This document shows positions 19,624 to 28,115 of a stretch of DNA of 46,168 nt, piece by piece. Numbering within the stretch: position 1 is the first letter of the stretch; each line of letters opens with the position of its first letter. A program made the position numbers and the translations under genes. Origin of the DNA: a virus (taxonomy: Duplodnaviria > Caudoviricetes); IMG/VR virus record IMGVR_UViG_3300032332_001684, positions 1-46,168 of that record; one strand, 5' to 3'. The notes under the pieces were generated by a model that did no database searches, was not told the origin of the DNA, and worked only from the letters and a program-made list of their open reading frames with translations.

Positions 19624-19874
19624 TATTGGCCACCGGCACGATCGATCATTGCTTGGGTTTCATCTTTACGACGTTCCTGATCAACAAACATCCCATAGAT
19701 CATGTAGATGACACCAGCCAGCAGGGTCAATGCCATGCCCTGAATGATCTTTTCGTTGGTAAAGTAGCGAGCCAGGACGTAGACCACTGCCTGTGCGCCG
19801 CAGATGATGGCAGCGATGGCCATCATCTTGACCACTGCACGAACTTCAGGACTGGGAGGAGATAAGTATTTCAT
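19623..19874 (-). CDS. Small membrane protein
   Basis: ATG at 19874 with AAGGA RBS; two hydrophobic segments. Confidence 0.65.
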   Translation of the reverse strand: MKYLSPPSPEVRAVVKMMAIAAIICGAQAVVYVLARYFTNEKIIQGMALTLLAGVIYMIYGMFVDQERRKDETQAMIDRAGGQ

Positions 19875-19885
19875 CGTATTTTTCC

Positions 19886-20005
19886 TTATAGAATGGTTGC
19901 TAGTGTAGCAAGGAAGTTGGCTGCAAAAAACAGTATGCTCTGGGCAATACCAGTGGTAATCATGAACCAAGTCACAAAACAGAATCCTATGAATTTCAAC
20001 ATCAT
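19886..20005 (-). CDS. Hydrophobic ~39-aa peptide (not in the ORF track)
   Basis: AAGGAG RBS right after the promoter at 20029-20057; MMLKFIGFCFVTWFMITTGIAQSILFFAANFLATLATIL. Confidence 0.6.
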   Translation of the reverse strand: MMLKFIGFCFVTWFMITTGIAQSILFFAANFLATLATIL

Positions 20006-20066
20006 CAACTCCTTGCTGCGATTCAAGTAGTATACAGTGGACCAAGGGTCCTGTCAAGTGTTGCTG

Positions 20067-20246
20067 TTATGCCACACGCTTGAGGTCTGTGTCTACACCG
20101 TCGGGATCGGTGGTGTAGACGCGATCAATGTCCGGGTGACTGACCAAACCACATCGATTGATGAAGTCGGCACGCTCGTCGGCTGTGTCAAAGGTCTTGT
20201 GCCACTCATGTCCGTTGCGGAAGATCCAGGTGACTTTAAAGTTCAT
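20067..20246 (-). CDS. Hypothetical 59-aa protein (not in the ORF track)
   Basis: MNFKVTWIFRNGHEWHKTFDT...DLKRVA; GGAG RBS; ATGA overlap with the upstream gene. Confidence 0.65.
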   Translation of the reverse strand: MNFKVTWIFRNGHEWHKTFDTADERADFINRCGLVSHPDIDRVYTTDPDGVDTDLKRVA

Positions 20247-20626
20247 GCTGTCTCCGTCTTAATGTAGCCGTAAGGCACGCCAACACAATAGCAGAGATAC
20301 TCGTCATCGCCGTCGCTGCCTTCCGCTTCGTGTATCCAGCGCAGGGCCATTGCGCGGTCTTTAGCGCCCAGGGCGATGATCTTCTCAACCCGTGCCTCAA
20401 AGGCGTGGATAGCCGCATCCTCGTCTACCCGGCGCTGGAGCTCGTTGCGGTTGATGACGAACTGCAGGGTTTCGAACTCCTTTTGGAAGTCCACCAGCGT
20501 CCACTTGGATGTGTCCACACCGCGTGGGCGGACGTTATAGGCGTCCTTGTACATGTCCCAGTAGGTCATTGCAGCCTGCTCAAGCGGAGTGTACTCTTCC
20601 CAGGATTTGTAAGTGTATTCGCTCAT
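20243..20626 (-). CDS. Hypothetical early protein (YWDMYKDAYNVRPR motif)
   Basis: AAGGAG RBS downstream of promoter 20660-20688. Confidence 0.75.
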   Translation of the reverse strand: MSEYTYKSWEEYTPLEQAAMTYWDMYKDAYNVRPRGVDTSKWTLVDFQKEFETLQFVINRNELQRRVDEDAAIHAFEARVEKIIALGAKDRAMALRWIHEAEGSDGDDEYLCYCVGVPYGYIKTETA

Positions 20627-20710
20627 TGCCTGCTCCTTGTTTGCTTCGTCCATGTAAGTATTATATGGCAGAGTGGTGGTCTTGTCAAGCCGTTGTGTTT
20701 TTACAACAGT

Positions 20711-20896
20711 TCAGTACTTGACCACGCGATCCACCTGGCTCAGGTATGCCCAACTGCCGTCGTAGTCAATGCCCGGGCGACCGTTCTTAATGTCGTCTTC
20801 CACTGCTTCGACAACCACTCGTTGTGGATGACCCGCACCAAAGTTTCCGCGTACAATGACCACGCTGCCCGCCCGGATGTCTTCTAACTTGACCAT
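20711..20896 (-). CDS. Hypothetical early protein (DIKNGRPGIDY)
   Basis: AAGGAG RBS; ends 2 nt before an 18-bp box. Confidence 0.7.
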   Translation of the reverse strand: MVKLEDIRAGSVVIVRGNFGAGHPQRVVVEAVEDDIKNGRPGIDYDGSWAYLSQVDRVVKY

Positions 20897-20906
20897 TGTT
20901 TGCTCC

Positions 20907-21047
20907 TTACCAGATAACGACTTCGCCGTCCTGGTCGATTTTAACTTCGCTGATTGGCTTGTTGGTATCCCACGATCCATCATAGATCAGTATCTCTTTA
21001 TTGGGATCTAACTGGCTCAACAGATCAATCAATTCTTGTGCGGTCAT
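20907..21047 (-). CDS. Hypothetical 46-aa protein (not in the ORF track)
   Basis: MTAQELIDLLSQLDPNKEILI...; AGGAG RBS after promoter 21075-21103. Confidence 0.65.
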   Translation of the reverse strand: MTAQELIDLLSQLDPNKEILIYDGSWDTNKPISEVKIDQDGEVVIW

Positions 21048-21113
21048 CTTATGCTCCTGTGTCGCCATGTTCGTAGTATATGGCAGAGCAGTGGTCTTGT
21101 CAAGCCGTTGTGT

Positions 21114-21419
21114 TTACGCCACAATCCACTGTTCCTGGTCTTTGAAACGGAGTTTCTCCGAGCCGTCGTACTCTTCGATCTGGAACTCGCGCCCCTCCTC
21201 CACCCAAGCAATGGTCAGGTCTTCAGGATCGCCGATGTAGGTGTCAGGCCAGTGTTCCGCACAGTAGGACTCGATGTCTTCATAGCGATCTGTTTCGATC
21301 ATCTCCACCACTGCTGGATCAAATAGCAGTTCAGGGATCAGGTGCCAACTGTACCAGCCTGCTCCATAATGCGGGCTATAGATCACAGCCACCTTACCGT
21401 CTCTTACGACTTTGTTCAT
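21114..21419 (-). CDS. Hypothetical early protein (GAGWYSW...EEYDGSE)
   Basis: 101-aa ORF whose stop lies inside an 18-bp box. Confidence 0.75.
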   Translation of the reverse strand: MNKVVRDGKVAVIYSPHYGAGWYSWHLIPELLFDPAVVEMIETDRYEDIESYCAEHWPDTYIGDPEDLTIAWVEEGREFQIEEYDGSEKLRFKDQEQWIVA

Positions 21420-21423
21420 CTCG

Positions 21424-21633
21424 TTATTTCCAAAGTGGAAAGTGTTTGCCTACCAATACAGCGGCTCTGAACTCTTTATTCTCCGCCAGCAGTTTACAAG
21501 TTTCGGTAATGATCAATTCGGCAAACTTTTCTAGTTCGTCAGGAGTGAAGGTATAAGATTTAGGATCTTTAGGAAAGTCCCATTCTTTCTGACCGGCACA
21601 ATCAATAGCAAATTGTTTAATAAGGTCCATCAT
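21424..21633 (-). CDS. Hypothetical early protein (ELEKFAELII motif)
   Basis: GAGGA RBS upstream of ATG ATG. Confidence 0.6.
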   Translation of the reverse strand: MMDLIKQFAIDCAGQKEWDFPKDPKSYTFTPDELEKFAELIITETCKLLAENKEFRAAVLVGKHFPLWK

Positions 21634-21695
21634 TGCTCGTCCTCTCGCACAAAGATCCACCGTCCGTCCTGTTCAATCCAATATCCGCTCATGTC

Positions 21696-21983
21696 TCAAT
21701 CTCCTGAATCGATGTGGAAGTTGTCACCGCAAGAGCGGCATTGGTATTGGTGGAGGCATCGTCCAACAGTCCGGACTTCATAATCATGCTGGCAGGGTGT
21801 GCCATCTGGTTGAAGAGGGACCTGGCCTGTGGACTTGCCGTACATGTATTGAGCACCGCAGTTACCGCAGGGATAGGTGTCGGTTTCGCTGTCATAGCCG
21901 GAGATCCATTGACGGTGAGTTCCAGTGGCCGCAATACGAGCGGTTCCGTTGCATACTGGACAAGTGCCTTTTGCTTTCATCAT
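21696..21983 (-). CDS. Small Cys-rich zinc-binding protein
   Basis: CPVCNG, CGNCG, C.H, CRSCG. Confidence 0.7.
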   Translation of the reverse strand: MMKAKGTCPVCNGTARIAATGTHRQWISGYDSETDTYPCGNCGAQYMYGKSTGQVPLQPDGTPCQHDYEVRTVGRCLHQYQCRSCGDNFHIDSGD

Positions 21984-22003
21984 TTTGACAGTATAAAGCC
22001 TTG

Positions 22004-22333
22004 TTAGGCCCGCGTCAAGTGGTATTGAAACCCTTGCGGTGACACCTTCTTGTAGATGCCCAGTTTGGCCCAGTCTGCTTCCAACAGAGCCAGCATCTTG
22101 CGATCGCGCACCTGGGAACCTGCCTGCACCTTTACTGCGGCACTGCGCTTCCCGTAGCCCACATCGTAAACGATGCCATTGATGACTTCTTCCAGCGCCA
22201 ATTTGATTCGACCCAATTGCGTCTGCTGGGCATAGGAGTAAAGCGACTTGTTGACAACATTCCGCATGCGGCGGTCTTGCAGGGCCCAGAACTTGTTAGG
22301 GGCTTCTTCGGTGTTCAAGTTCACTGTACGCAT
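22004..22333 (-). CDS. Hypothetical early protein
   Basis: AGGAG RBS after promoter 22361-22389. Confidence 0.7.
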   Translation of the reverse strand: MRTVNLNTEEAPNKFWALQDRRMRNVVNKSLYSYAQQTQLGRIKLALEEVINGIVYDVGYGKRSAAVKVQAGSQVRDRKMLALLEADWAKLGIYKKVSPQGFQYHLTRA

Positions 22334-22430
22334 CGTGCTCTCCTGTGTGTCCATGTTCACATTATATAGGGGCCCCGGCGGCCCGTCAACCCCATCTTGG
22401 GGCTGTTGTTTTTTTGCAACAGCCTTGTTA

Positions 22431-22676
22431 TTAAGCGTACATAACAGTTACGTCGCCTTCTACAATTAATGCAGCAAAGCCTTCTTCGCCTTCCTTTGCA
22501 GCCGCAACCCAATCGTCAAACAAGTCGTTGTTTACTTGTTCTCGTTCAAAAATAAGTATGCCGTTACAGCGTACAAAGTCTTTGCCTCGTTGCAATGTAA
22601 CATCAACAGTATTACCACTAGCGTATGCACTACTGTAATACTCCCCTGCCTCAACGTCAACTACTTTTACTTTCAT
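22431..22676 (-). CDS. Hypothetical proline-free protein (TC/CC-free gene)
   Basis: AAGGAG RBS; 81 aa. Confidence 0.75.
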   Translation of the reverse strand: MKVKVVDVEAGEYYSSAYASGNTVDVTLQRGKDFVRCNGILIFEREQVNNDLFDDWVAAAKEGEEGFAALIVEGDVTVMYA

Positions 22677-22697
22677 TGCGTTATACTCCTTGTTTAA

Positions 22698-23006
22698 TTA
22701 AACTAAACTTGCTTTACAAGCAAACTCTTCACGCGCAATTAAGTTGTGTTCCTCAATATATTGCAATAACTCTACAAAGTGCTCGCGCACAATAGTATCT
22801 TGCGCTATAATGTCCCTATGCAGTTTTTGCACATTGTGCTCTGCATTAAACTCTGCAAGTATACGTGTGTTGTAAACAATGTCGTGCGTATACTGTTTAA
22901 TGCTGTCTGCATTAGCAACATTGCAAAATTGCTCTGCGTATTCTGCAGTAAGCGTAAATGCAAGCACATTAATGTCTACAACGTGTTTTACAGTAAGTTT
23001 TTGCAT
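22698..23006 (-). CDS. Hypothetical proline-free protein (TC/CC-free gene)
   Basis: First gene after promoter 23040-23068; 102 aa. Confidence 0.75.
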   Translation of the reverse strand: MQKLTVKHVVDINVLAFTLTAEYAEQFCNVANADSIKQYTHDIVYNTRILAEFNAEHNVQKLHRDIIAQDTIVREHFVELLQYIEEHNLIAREEFACKASLV

Positions 23007-23154
23007 AACTTGCTCTCTGTGTTTTGTTTAAGTGTGTGTAGTATAGCGTAGCCAGCGGGGACTGTCAACTGTCGCATAAAAACAACACCTGCTGTTGTAT
23101 TTCTCCCACAAATCATGGTTCGGATTGACGGCCTCTCTCGGAGGCCGCTATCAT

Positions 23155-23658
23155 TCACTCGTTGGTTGCGGACACTCCGTCGTCCAGATCGATCTCCTGG
23201 TTCTCCGACTCCCAGTCGGACATCATGGACGAGATCTCAAACTCCTCGTCCAGTTCTCCAGGCAGCGCATCGGCGATCTCATCACTGTTCATGCCGCTGT
23301 AGTCGTAGCAGTCGTCCCGCCCGTCGGTCCAAATGCCAGCAAAGGCCATGCCCGGCTCGTAGTAGCGAGCATAGACTTCATAGCCCAGCGAATGCAAGTG
23401 TGCATACAAGCCAGTGGGTGGGGCCCAGGCACTGTCAAATACCAGCGTCACGCCACCTTCGTCTGTGTCGCTGATCTCACCTTCCACTTCCCACTTGGTG
23501 CCCCAAGTGTTGACGGAGTGTTCCCAAGACCACTCGTTGGTTGGGTGTGGAAGGAACTCATTACACAGGCGGCCCGCTTCGAAGGCTGAACGAACACGCT
23601 CGATTGCGGCTGGATCACTGTGACCGATGGTCACTACGTTGGCACACCAATTAGGCAT
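23155..23658 (-). CDS. DUF1281/YubB ferredoxin-like domain protein
   Basis: MPNWCAN, NTWGTKWE, FDSAWAPP, YYEPGMAFAG. Confidence 0.75.
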   Translation of the reverse strand: MPNWCANVVTIGHSDPAAIERVRSAFEAGRLCNEFLPHPTNEWSWEHSVNTWGTKWEVEGEISDTDEGGVTLVFDSAWAPPTGLYAHLHSLGYEVYARYYEPGMAFAGIWTDGRDDCYDYSGMNSDEIADALPGELDEEFEISSMMSDWESENQEIDLDDGVSATNE

Positions 23659-23870
23659 TATTGCACTCCTGTATCAAATGAATCTTCTTCGGTGACATAG
23701 CATTCAGCCGCGTCTAACTCCACGCTGAAGTCAATGCCCTCTTCCCTACAGTAGTGTAGGATGTCTGCGATTAGATCGGCTGGACGATTCATGTCGGTCT
23801 GCTCCATCAGTAGTCGCACACGATTGGCAGCCAAACTGCTCATAGTATTGAATCCGGCTATGGTTCCCAT
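23658..23870 (-). CDS. Hypothetical early protein (DLIADILHYC)
   Basis: Follows promoter 23900-23928 and is coupled to the next gene. Confidence 0.65.
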   Translation of the reverse strand: MGTIAGFNTMSSLAANRVRLLMEQTDMNRPADLIADILHYCREEGIDFSVELDAAECYVTEEDSFDTGVQ

Positions 23871-23950
23871 AAATGCCCCGCTGTGTTGTTAGTGTGTGTA
23901 GTATACTGGAACCCGGCACTGCTGTCAAGCACCGGGCCCCTGTGTTGTTT

Positions 23951-24274
23951 TTACGCTACAGCAAAGAACTTAACTACCGCATCTACCAGTGTGCGAGCAG
24001 GATTGTCTACTGTGTCCTCAAACACCAGCCCGCCCTTAAGCGACTTAGTGTATGCTTTACGCAGTAGTACCTGCTGCCCCTCTACGTTAAAAATAAAGCG
24101 GTCGCCGTATGTGGCACTGGCAAAGCCGTTACGCATATAGGGCTTCAGCGGCCCGGGCCGGTTGCTGTTGTGCATGCCTACGCCCTCGTATGTGGCCTGC
24201 TGTAGCGAACTGCCAAACTGTAGTGTGTAAGTGGTCCCTGGAATGAGTTTGCTGGGTGCGATTGCTTTTGGCAT
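23951..24274 (-). CDS. Hypothetical early protein
   Basis: ATG at 24274 with GAGGA RBS after promoter 24305-24333; its stop lies inside an 18-bp box. Confidence 0.7.
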   Translation of the reverse strand: MPKAIAPSKLIPGTTYTLQFGSSLQQATYEGVGMHNSNRPGPLKPYMRNGFASATYGDRFIFNVEGQQVLLRKAYTKSLKGGLVFEDTVDNPARTLVDAVVKFFAVA

Positions 24275-24362
24275 TGTGTTTCCTCTGTGTTGCATTGTCT
24301 GTGTAGTATAGCGTCTGTTTGCTGTGCTGTCAACCGTTGCGCGGACCCCACACCCCGGCACT

Positions 24363-24557
24363 TCAGTAGCGCATACCAAATGTCTTGTTATACTGTGTGT
24401 AGAAGGCGATAGCAAAGTCTTCTACATCAGTAGTAGCGATTTCAGCATCCGGATCTAAGCCGTGGTAGAAACGATAAGCATCACGCACACCAAATGGGTT
24501 ATTGTCCACCAAGTCTTGCAAGTAATCCAGTTCACCGTGTGAGAATGTATAAGTCAT
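24363..24557 (-). CDS. Hypothetical early protein
   Basis: AGGAAG RBS; the stop is followed directly by AGTGCC. Confidence 0.6.
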   Translation of the reverse strand: MTYTFSHGELDYLQDLVDNNPFGVRDAYRFYHGLDPDAEIATTDVEDFAIAFYTQYNKTFGMRY

Positions 24558-24807
24558 AAATCTTCCTGATACCTTGTATAACACCGCCTAGGTAGATGGC
24601 AAGCAGTGCTGAGTTGACCACAATCAAACTGAGTTGTCTAATGCGCACTGCCCAGATCGTCCACAGCGCAGTTCCTATATAGAAAGCAAACACATTGTAA
24701 GGATAAAGATTAGCGCTGGTTAGTACTGCTCCTGCGATGGTAAATGCTGTTGCCGACCATTGTAAAAAGAAATCAATTGTTGCGTAGGTTAATACAAAGC
24801 GGCGCAT
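24532..24807 (-). CDS. Small membrane protein (three TM helices)
   Basis: Hydrophobic; LQW.AT...GAVLTS.N.YPYN pattern. Confidence 0.65.
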   Translation of the reverse strand: MRRFVLTYATIDFFLQWSATAFTIAGAVLTSANLYPYNVFAFYIGTALWTIWAVRIRQLSLIVVNSALLAIYLGGVIQGIRKIYDLYILTR

Positions 24808-25064
24808 TAATTGATATCCTTTGGACCCACCCATTCCATGCAGTGCTCTACAGCGTAGGGACCATATGCATACGTATGCCGAGGAGCAAGAAAGCCTTCA
24901 GTCTTACGGCACCATTCAATGCTTTGACCATTTGTCCAAGCACGGCACAGACGTTCCGCGTAGCCTTCGCTTTTGTTAAATGCTCGCATGGCAATTAATG
25001 CACCACGCTGTGTAGCGTATGCTTTAACTGCGGTGCTGGTGCGACGATCGACAACTTGATACAT
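24807..25064 (-). CDS. Hypothetical early protein
   Basis: AGGAG RBS after the -10 box at 25099. Confidence 0.65.
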   Translation of the reverse strand: MYQVVDRRTSTAVKAYATQRGALIAMRAFNKSEGYAERLCRAWTNGQSIEWCRKTEGFLAPRHTYAYGPYAVEHCMEWVGPKDIN

Positions 25065-25185
25065 GGTATCAACTCCTACAGTGGATTACAGTTCACATAG
25101 TATAGCAGGCAGGGGCGCCTCACATGGTCGTTTAAGCGTGGCACAATCCCGTTATGTGGGAGTCTTGCCACACCCCCTGGCACTC

Positions 25186-25629
25186 TTAAAAAGCCGCGTC
25201 TTCCAAGTCAGCCAACTCAGCAGTGATCTGTGCCTTGCTCTTAGTGCTCTTAGGAGCGGCCTTGGCACGGATGGTCTCAAGCGTAGGAGCAGCCGCAGTG
25301 GGCTTTTCCTTCTTAGGCTTCTTCGCTTCCTTGTTGCCTTTCTGCTCTTTCTTAGCAGCCTGTGGCGCACGACGCTCCAGTGCTTCTTCCAACGCGGCCT
25401 GCTTCTCAGCGTTGACCTCGCCTGCGTCGTTGGTGGCAAACTGGATGCTGAGCAGGAATGCCACTGCGTCGGCTTTGGTCATTGGCTCCTTCAGTTCGAT
25501 CAGATCGATGTCGGTCTGATCTTTCTGCAGGACTTTGGTGCGGGTGACCAGATCGGTTGCGAAGCGGGCTTTGAGTTCGCCTTTGGGGGTGCGGCTAACA
25601 CCAGCAACAGTAAACAATTTCTCAGACAT
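25186..25629 (-). CDS. Hypothetical protein with a Lys/Ala-rich, possibly DNA-binding tail
   Basis: FTVAGVS...KARFA.D...R.KVL; AGGAG RBS after promoter 25684-25712. Confidence 0.75.
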   Translation of the reverse strand: MSEKLFTVAGVSRTPKGELKARFATDLVTRTKVLQKDQTDIDLIELKEPMTKADAVAFLLSIQFATNDAGEVNAEKQAALEEALERRAPQAAKKEQKGNKEAKKPKKEKPTAAAPTLETIRAKAAPKSTKSKAQITAELADLEDAAF

Positions 25630-25808
25630 AATATAAACTCCTAAGTGTGTGTAAAGTGTTAGTTGAATCTTTCAACTTCAATCATTATACTGGACTTCTG
25701 GCTCCAGGTCAACCAAATCCAAACTGTTGTAATCCTGCCACTCGCCCGTGTCGTAGACATTCTCCGGGTCGTAGTACTCAGGATCCTCGTAAGTGTATAC
25801 GAACCCGC

Positions 25809-26291
25809 TCATGCTGCCAACTCCTTCGATTTACGCTCATCTGCCAATACACTGGCCAGCGACACCAATTGTCGGCTGAGTGCGGCACAGTCGTATGTGT
25901 CGCCTACAAGCCATTCGTCATTCTTCAGGATGTAGTAGTATTCAGCACCACAGCCATCGCACTGATCCAGGAACTCTTCAAACGACTGGGCAGTCCGGAA
26001 CTCCGTGCCCTTCTCGCCCCTGTCGCGTCCGTAAAAGAGGCACTGGCCATCGTAGAGAGCATCGTATTCCTCATTGGTCATACCAGCGTCCAGTGCGCTG
26101 AAGGCATGCTTAGTGCCCAGGTCTCGTCCCAGAACACTCATGTCTCCCAAGCACAGCAGGTCTGCTGTCTTTGCGTGATCATAGTGTTGTTGTAGGATAG
26201 CGCCGTTGTGAGCAGGATAACCATCCCAGTGACAGTATACGCTGAGGATCACACCATCACGCTCAATACCAATACGACTGCGAGTTCCCAT
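25809..26291 (-). CDS. Hypothetical phage protein (MGTRSRIG...YCHWDGYP)
   Basis: 160-aa ORF with FYGRDRGE and EYYYI motifs; ends in LAA. Confidence 0.8.
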   Translation of the reverse strand: MGTRSRIGIERDGVILSVYCHWDGYPAHNGAILQQHYDHAKTADLLCLGDMSVLGRDLGTKHAFSALDAGMTNEEYDALYDGQCLFYGRDRGEKGTEFRTAQSFEEFLDQCDGCGAEYYYILKNDEWLVGDTYDCAALSRQLVSLASVLADERKSKELAA

Positions 26292-26379
26292 TATACATAC
26301 CCCTTGAATACTAGATAAGCCACAATACCTGCACAGATCACCAACATGACTGATACTGTGCGATCACCTGCTTCGCCGC

Positions 26380-26541
26380 TCATGCCATTGCCTTTTCCAA
26401 GTTATTGAGAATGCTTTGAATCACATAAGCAGTCCCTGGGTCGCTCTCAACCAGTCGCTCTAAAATCTCTTCCAACACATAGGAATCTGTGTTGCTGAGC
26501 ATGTCTACAATAGTGTCTACTGACAGTTGAATTCCACGCAT
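26380..26541 (-). CDS. Hypothetical 53-aa protein (not in the ORF track)
   Basis: MRGIQLSVDTIVDMLSNTDSYVLEEIL...EKAMA; GGAG RBS after promoter 26575-26603. Confidence 0.55.
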   Translation of the reverse strand: MRGIQLSVDTIVDMLSNTDSYVLEEILERLVESDPGTAYVIQSILNNLEKAMA

Positions 26542-26613
26542 CTCATTCGCTCCGTTTTGTTTTCCAGTTCAAGTATTATACGGGGGAACTCGTCCCCCGT
26601 CAACCTGTTGTGT

Positions 26614-26895
26614 TTACGCCACAGCGTTCAACTTCGTCAACGCGTCGCCAATCGCCTGCATAGGCATGTCATCCAACGCGTCGTGTATGCGGTCGCCGTC
26701 GTTAACTACCTCTGCCAACTTCTTAACCAGAGCCTTTTGAAACTTAGTCTCAGCCATGACCTGCTCTACCAATTGCTTGCGAGTTGGCAATCCAGCAGCC
26801 TTGAGGTCCTTGTCGGTGTACTCGAACATCTGGTCTTCCAAGTACTCAGCAAGGACGATCTTAACCAGTTTCTCGTTCAGTGTGATTTGGAACAT
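26614..26895 (-). CDS. Hypothetical early protein
   Basis: GGGAG RBS after promoter 26930-26958; ends in AVA inside a box. Confidence 0.7.
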   Translation of the reverse strand: MFQITLNEKLVKIVLAEYLEDQMFEYTDKDLKAAGLPTRKQLVEQVMAETKFQKALVKKLAEVVNDGDRIHDALDDMPMQAIGDALTKLNAVA

Positions 26896-26969
26896 TTCAA
26901 ACTCCCTGTAAGTGTGTCTCAGTTCAAGTATTATACGGGGGAATCCCTCCCCCGTCAAGCCCGTTGCGT

Positions 26970-27260
26970 TTACGCCACAGCCGCCACTTCCTTGCTGGCT
27001 TTGAGCATGTTGGCTGGCACTTTGAACAGTCCACGCGGGCTACGAACTGTGACATACTTAATTGCCACCTTCTCTACTGTGCCTGCAACAAAGCCCAATT
27101 TGGCGCTGTTAAAACAGACGCGATCGCCTACACCAAATGACCAAATGTTATTACGAACCAATTGGGCTCGCGCAAACTTCACAGCCTCAACAAATTTTGA
27201 AAGGTCCTCGTTGGACCAGGGCGTGAAACGAATGCGACGGGCGATTTGATCTGCGTTCAT
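26970..27260 (-). CDS. Hypothetical protein with an SH3-like C-terminal pattern
   Basis: F.VGDRV.F...GTVEKV..KYVTV......KVPANML; GAGGAG RBS. Confidence 0.75.
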   Translation of the reverse strand: MNADQIARRIRFTPWSNEDLSKFVEAVKFARAQLVRNNIWSFGVGDRVCFNSAKLGFVAGTVEKVAIKYVTVRSPRGLFKVPANMLKASKEVAAVA

Positions 27261-27265
27261 ACTAA

Positions 27266-27499
27266 TTACTCCTCTGTGGTCAATTCAAGTTCATCGGCAC
27301 ATTCAACAACAAAATCAGCAGTCCTACGAAACTCTTTGCACAGTTCGTACAACCGATTGAACGAATTCAATTCAATTGTGCTCAAGTCGCGCAAGAAGTT
27401 CTCAGGATCTTCGTCCATGTGGTCGATAATCTGGATCATAGCCTGCACAGTGTTCTCGCACATGCAGTAGCTCATATTGGGGAATCTGGAACTTGCCAT
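27266..27499 (-). CDS. Hypothetical early protein (NMSYCMCENT)
   Basis: GAGGT RBS after promoter 27534-27562. Confidence 0.7.
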   Translation of the reverse strand: MASSRFPNMSYCMCENTVQAMIQIIDHMDEDPENFLRDLSTIELNSFNRLYELCKEFRRTADFVVECADELELTTEE

Positions 27500-27558
27500 T
27501 TGCGTTACCTCTGTTGTGTGCTTCAGTTTCAGTATTATAGCGGTTCTGGACTAGTCTG

Positions 27559-27810
27559 TCAAGCGTGTTGTTTATTCACAACATCCATCATGCCCAGTCG
27601 CCGAGCAGGCCCAGTAAACAATTCCTCATCGTCTAACATCAGTTCCTCTGCCACACGGCCAAACACCTCCACAGGAGTGTCCAGCAGGACACGGTGTTGG
27701 ACACTCCCGCCATACTTGACACGGCTGCTCTGGACTACACCTGTGACAGTGTATGCGCCCAAGTATACTCCAGCCACCTGCTGTCCTTCCTTGTTCCAAC
27801 TCATAGTCAA
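27559..27810 (-). CDS. Hypothetical early protein (SRVKYGG.VQH)
   Basis: Its TGA stop lies inside the next promoter's TTGACA. Confidence 0.7.
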   Translation of the reverse strand: MTMSWNKEGQQVAGVYLGAYTVTGVVQSSRVKYGGSVQHRVLLDTPVEVFGRVAEELMLDDEELFTGPARRLGMMDVVNKQHA

Positions 27811-28025
27811 CCCCTCAGAGTGTTCATCAAACGGTTGTGGATTGCATCCATCTCGCTCTGCTCCACATAGAAGTCAGTGAGCGGATCGTAATACTGACCT
27901 TCCCGTGGATCGTAGTATAGCACACGACCTGAGAAGTTGAACGGGCCTTCCAATCCAGCACGGGGACCGAACCGATTGCGCATGTTGTCCATTTGGTGCC
28001 GATCTGCTAGTACCGTGTATCCCAT
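27807..28025 (-). CDS. Hypothetical early protein (GLEGPF...YYDPREGQYYDP.TD)
   Basis: GGGAGG RBS after promoter 28058-28086. Confidence 0.75.
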   Translation of the reverse strand: MGYTVLADRHQMDNMRNRFGPRAGLEGPFNFSGRVLYYDPREGQYYDPLTDFYVEQSEMDAIHNRLMNTLRG

Positions 28026-28115
28026 CGCTGCCTCCCGTTGTGTTTCGCAGTTCAAGTATTATACTGCTCAGTGGGGCCCACGTCAACCTGTGGCGCAGAC
28101 CCCACACTCGGCACT

